Below the pieces are notes generated by a model. That model saw nothing but the letters and a program-made list of their open reading frames with translations, was not told where the DNA came from and ran no database searches. Shown here piece by piece: positions 37,223 through 40,845 of a DNA stretch of 40,845 nucleotides. Position 1 is the first letter of the stretch. Each line of letters starts with the position of its first letter. Position numbers and translations under genes: made by a program. Source of the DNA: an uncultured archaeon (GTDB lineage: Archaea; Asgardarchaeota; Heimdallarchaeia; Heimdallarchaeales; Heimdallarchaeaceae); NCBI GenBank assembly GCA_964534625.1, contig CAZHRF010000030.1:1-40845 (forward strand), read 5' to 3'.

Positions 37223-37933
37223 TTATTGAAGCATTTCTTCTTTTAGTTTCCTTTTTCCTTTTAATGCCTTTATTAATTCAATCTTCTTTGCTTCTCCTGA
37301 CTTTATTTTCCGTATATTATCTCCCTGTCTTGTAAGCATAATCAAGGCTATAATAAATAAGAGAATACCTATTTCCAGATTGTCCATTGGATTCCAAGGC
37401 ATTAACCAGGGGATAAATAAGCCTATTATTCCAACAAGTAGTGTTGTAACTATGTATGTTATAGAAGAATATCCAACAATAATTATACAAATTGGCCACA
37501 ACAAAATCCAAGCAGCAATTAAAATGGGATTCATATAGATCATTGTTCCCAAAACAACAGTAATACCTCTTCCTCCATGCGTTTTAAAATACAATGGCCA
37601 ATTATGCCCTAGAATTGCAGCAGCACCAGCTACTGTTAATAAAAAGCGCCCATCTGTAAGACCAATGAAGTTATTTTTTCCATATTCAATTAATATATGT
37701 GGAACTATAATAGCTGCAAGAGTTCTTAACATATCTAAAAATCCGGCTAAGAGGGCCCAAAACCATGATCCGGTAGCTCTATAGACATTTCTTCCACCTA
37801 CGTTTTTTGAACCTATTTCACGCAAATCTTTTCCTGTTCGCCATTTAGTAATAATCCAACTAAAAGGAATTGAACCCAACATATAAGCTATAACAAAGAC
37901 GAACACATAATCTACAAGGTAAGTATAAATCAT
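37223..37933 (-). CDS. plsY: Glycerol-3-phosphate acyltransferase PlsY-like membrane protein
   Basis: YMLGSIPF, DLREIGSKNVGGRNVYR, LGHNWPLY...GGRGI, R..NI.KI..G. Confidence 0.85.
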   Translation of the reverse strand: MIYTYLVDYVFVFVIAYMLGSIPFSWIITKWRTGKDLREIGSKNVGGRNVYRATGSWFWALLAGFLDMLRTLAAIIVPHILIEYGKNNFIGLTDGRFLLTVAGAAAILGHNWPLYFKTHGGRGITVVLGTMIYMNPILIAAWILLWPICIIIVGYSSITYIVTTLLVGIIGLFIPWLMPWNPMDNLEIGILLFIIALIMLTRQGDNIRKIKSGEAKKIELIKALKGKRKLKEEMLQ

Positions 37934-38019
37934 GTTTATAAAATAACCAGCTTTAATAAAAAGCTTCTCACCTTGAATGAACAATTAATTTTTATAGAGG
38001 ACTAGGATTAAACTATTTG

Positions 38020-39408
38020 ATGAAAACTACAATTTCCCCACATATCTTTCGTGCTTACGATATTAGAGGAGTATACAATAAAGATCTTACACCCGAAATC
38101 ATGCATAAAATTGGTCTTGCTGCGGGTACCTATATTAAAACAATAATTAATAAGGAAAATTTAACGGTTGGTAATGATATCCGACAGTCTAGCATTCCAT
38201 TAATCCATGCCTTTATCGCAGGCGTTGTTTCTACTGGAATTAATGTAATTACTGTGGGTACTTCAGCATTTGGTCAAGCATTATTTAAAGGATGGAAAAA
38301 TAAAACCGGCGCTTCTGTTTTTATAACAGCAAGTCATCTACCTCCAGAATGGAATGGAATTAAATTCTATCATACTGATGGAGTAGGTTTTAGTGAAGAA
38401 GAACTTATGAAGATTAGAGATATAGCAATAAAAGAAGAGTATTCACTTGTTGAGTGGAGCGAAATAGGAACGGTTACGCGAGAGGATCCTACTACAAATT
38501 ACATAAGTTTCTTTAAAGAAAAGTTCAATTATGATAATCCTATTAAAGTTGCTTTGGACTGTGGTGGAGGTAGTACAACCATGTCCGCACCAGAAGTATT
38601 TGATGCGTTGGGATTAGATGTAGAGTATATATATTGTGAACCCGACCCTAGTTTTTCAAAAAGACCCTCTGACACCAAACCTAAAAATTTAAACAAGGTA
38701 GTTGAAATAGTAAAAGAAAAACAATGTGATTTTGGTGTTGCATTTGATGGAGATGGAGACAGATCAGTAATCATTGATAATAAAGGGAGAATATTATCTG
38801 CGGATCAAACAGGGATTATCATTGGTACATATGGACTAAAAGAGAAAAAAGGGACAATAATTGTAAATGTTGAATGCTCAAAATCAGTACAAGAACAGCT
38901 TGAACCACTAGGATTTTCAATAAAACAAATTCCTGTTGGGCATACGTACTTAACTATTGAAGCAAAAATGGAAAAAGCACCTCTAGGAATAGAATCTAGT
39001 GGGCACCTTATTTTACCTGAATATTTCCTATTTGATGATGCACTAGTAATTCCTTTAAAAATAGCTGAAATACTAGATAAAACAGATAAGAATCTTAGTG
39101 ACATCGTTGATAAAATACCAACATATCCAGTACAAAAAGAAGAGATTGAGTGTACAGATCAAATTAAATTTGAAGTGGTAGATCACCTTAAAAGCAAATT
39201 TAGAGAAGAATATACAAAAATCAATACTATGGATGGTGTAAGAGTCGAATTAGATAAAGGATGGGTGTTAATTAGACCATCAAATACAAGTCCAATAATT
39301 AGGTTAACAGTAGAAGCAGATAACGAAGAGATACTAGGAAAACTGGCTCTAGAATTTAAAACAAAAACATTAAATGCAATAGAGAAACTCAAAGGTTTAC
39401 AAGGTTAA
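38020..39408 (+). CDS. Phosphomannomutase/phosphoglucomutase
   Basis: FRAYDIRG, ITASHLP, FDGDGDR, GIESSGH, LIRPSNTSP. Confidence 0.95.
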   Translation: MKTTISPHIFRAYDIRGVYNKDLTPEIMHKIGLAAGTYIKTIINKENLTVGNDIRQSSIPLIHAFIAGVVSTGINVITVGTSAFGQALFKGWKNKTGASVFITASHLPPEWNGIKFYHTDGVGFSEEELMKIRDIAIKEEYSLVEWSEIGTVTREDPTTNYISFFKEKFNYDNPIKVALDCGGGSTTMSAPEVFDALGLDVEYIYCEPDPSFSKRPSDTKPKNLNKVVEIVKEKQCDFGVAFDGDGDRSVIIDNKGRILSADQTGIIIGTYGLKEKKGTIIVNVECSKSVQEQLEPLGFSIKQIPVGHTYLTIEAKMEKAPLGIESSGHLILPEYFLFDDALVIPLKIAEILDKTDKNLSDIVDKIPTYPVQKEEIECTDQIKFEVVDHLKSKFREEYTKINTMDGVRVELDKGWVLIRPSNTSPIIRLTVEADNEEILGKLALEFKTKTLNAIEKLKGLQG

Positions 39409-39415
39409 AAAAAAC

Positions 39416-39850
39416 ATGAGAAAAAACGATATAATGGTTACTTCTTCTTTTTTTTGTAAGTATGCAATAAATTGTTTTGAATGTTGTAAAGAAACAGAAA
39501 TGATTGTAACAAATGAAGAAGTTGAAACAATAGTTAAAAAAGGATTCAAAAGAGAAGAGTTTATTCAAGAAGTTGATGGGTTCTTGGAACTAAGAAACTT
39601 CAAGGGTGCATGTGTGTTCCTAAGAGAAGGAAAATGTAGAATATATGATATAAGACCACAAGGATGTAAATTTTATCCTTTGATTTACGATGTTGAAAAT
39701 GAATGTGTAATAGTTGATAAAGACTGCCCACATCATAGAGATATAAGAATAAAAAAGCATAAAAAACTATTTGCAGAAATTAAAGAATATGTCAAAAAAC
39801 TATTGAAAGAGCAAGAAAATAGAAAAAAAAGAGAGAAAAAGGACAATTAA
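39416..39850 (+). CDS. YkgJ family (CxxCxxCC) cysteine-cluster protein
   Basis: C....NCFECC, CVFL, CRIYDIRPQGCKFYP, CP. Confidence 0.9.
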   Translation: MRKNDIMVTSSFFCKYAINCFECCKETEMIVTNEEVETIVKKGFKREEFIQEVDGFLELRNFKGACVFLREGKCRIYDIRPQGCKFYPLIYDVENECVIVDKDCPHHRDIRIKKHKKLFAEIKEYVKKLLKEQENRKKREKKDN

Positions 39851-39857
39851 TTTCCAA

Positions 39858-40787
39858 CTAAGTTTTATCGGATTTTTCTTTAAATCGACCTTGTAAATCT
39901 TTTAAGACATTTGGCAATGTTGTATATTCCATTTCATCTAAGGGTAATCTTCCCGGTTCAAATGGTCCATGACTTCTCATGTAATCTGTTATTTCTTGAG
40001 CACGCTCCCTCGTTCGATCGAAAGAAGGATCATCAAAAAGATCTATTGGTCCAACTAACATACCTTCTTTTAACTGAAATCCAAGAGAGACGCATCTAGG
40101 TGGGCCATCAAACCTACCATTTTGACTATAGTGCAGTGGTACAGGCATCAATGGGCCTCTATGACTTCCTCGCATCCATCCGCTAACCAAATGTGACAAT
40201 GCAAATGCCTCTAATATTTCACCTATTGCTGGGCACCCACTTTGACTTCTAACGATAGCAACTGGGTCGTCTTTCCCTATATATTTTCCCGCTATCTTTG
40301 CTAGCTTATCTGTTGAGATTGATGCGGCTATACCAAGTTTAGGATCCTTACTATATACATGTTTAATAACGTATTTTCCAGGAGCACCTATCAGAGCTAG
40401 CATATCGTATATTTCTTCCGGCATTGAAAAAGTAATAAATTTATCTTTATAAATGTCCATCACTTCAAATTTAAATCCTTCATGTAGTTTGGGATCTATA
40501 ACCAATCCTGCTGTGTTAAATGGATTTGCAAATGCTTGATATATCGGGTAATTAAATGCCCCTGGCTCTGTCTTGTCCATTGCAAACACTACAAAAGGTT
40601 CACTGGGGCTTTCTTCTATTTCCATTTCGGCCACTCCGGGACCCATTCCTTTAATATTACCACTAAAAGTGTCCTTCAACAGGTCCTGTCCTGCTCCGTA
40701 AAGACCAATTTCTCTTGCCATTTTGCTTAATTCCATGAAGATATCCCAAGCAAGTTCATGTACAACTTCACTATTTATCCCATGAGT
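39858..40787 (-). CDS. fbp: Fructose-1,6-bisphosphate aldolase/phosphatase, 5' part missing (interrupted at about 40787)
   Basis: GLYGAGQDLL, FSGNIKGMGPG, DKTEPGAFN, YIGKDDP, GWMRGSH, FDGPP; homology extends upstream of 40736 (THGINSEVVHELAWDIF) and then stops at the repeat. Confidence 0.92.
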   Translation of the reverse strand, partial: THGINSEVVHELAWDIFMELSKMAREIGLYGAGQDLLKDTFSGNIKGMGPGVAEMEIEESPSEPFVVFAMDKTEPGAFNYPIYQAFANPFNTAGLVIDPKLHEGFKFEVMDIYKDKFITFSMPEEIYDMLALIGAPGKYVIKHVYSKDPKLGIAASISTDKLAKIAGKYIGKDDPVAIVRSQSGCPAIGEILEAFALSHLVSGWMRGSHRGPLMPVPLHYSQNGRFDGPPRCVSLGFQLKEGMLVGPIDLFDDPSFDRTRERAQEITDYMRSHGPFEPGRLPLDEMEYTTLPNVLKDLQGRFKEKSDKT

Positions 40788-40845
40788 TCTTTTGGGTACT
40801 TTTGGGTAAGAGAGTGAGGGATTTAAATAGGAACAGACAGAAAGT
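40782..40845. mobile_element. Probable IS end inserted in fbp
   Basis: ATGAGTTCTTTTGGGTACTTTTGGGTA is an inverted match to 7-33 (24/27); it replaces the expected GDD..LIMTH segment; TATA-like TTTAAATA faces into the element. Confidence 0.65.

Noticed and set aside
1-40845. Whole window as a linear plasmid, virus or giant transposon with terminal inverted repeats
   Set aside because: Content is core chromosomal (rnpB, tRNAs, rpo5, proteasome) with no replication, capsid or transposase genes for these ends. The repeats face outward into sequence beyond the window, as expected for contig breaks

Overview
AT-rich archaeal chromosomal segment, most likely from an Asgard archaeon (Heimdallarchaeia-like). 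This assignment is an inference from a Rag-like small GTPase, a longin-domain protein, a full-length Rpb5-like Rpo5, a Wbp1/OST48-like protein, intron-containing tRNAs and GGTGA/GGAGG Shine-Dalgarno sites. Housekeeping content: RNase P RNA, three BHB-intron tRNAs (Arg-GCG, Arg-CCT, Thr-CGT), psmB-psmA, tsr3, cofD/cofC, AK6, PGM/PMM, FBP aldolase/phosphatase and oap/arv genes. Notable items: (1) a single-pass receptor-like protein with a sequon-rich ectodomain and a cytoplasmic Regnase/Zc3h12a-type RNase domain; (2) an apparently complete bacillithiol pathway (bshA, bshC, and a bshB-like gene next to a degenerate TrxR); (3) a cluster of eukaryote-signature proteins; (4) one IS200/IS605 family in three size classes (1.4 kb frameshifted tnpB, 394 bp omega-RNA-retaining derivative, 46 bp minimal element), all preceded by TTTTAY; (5) matching inverted ends at both window termini, one of which interrupts fbp. 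All protein calls come from motifs recognised by eye; no searches were run.
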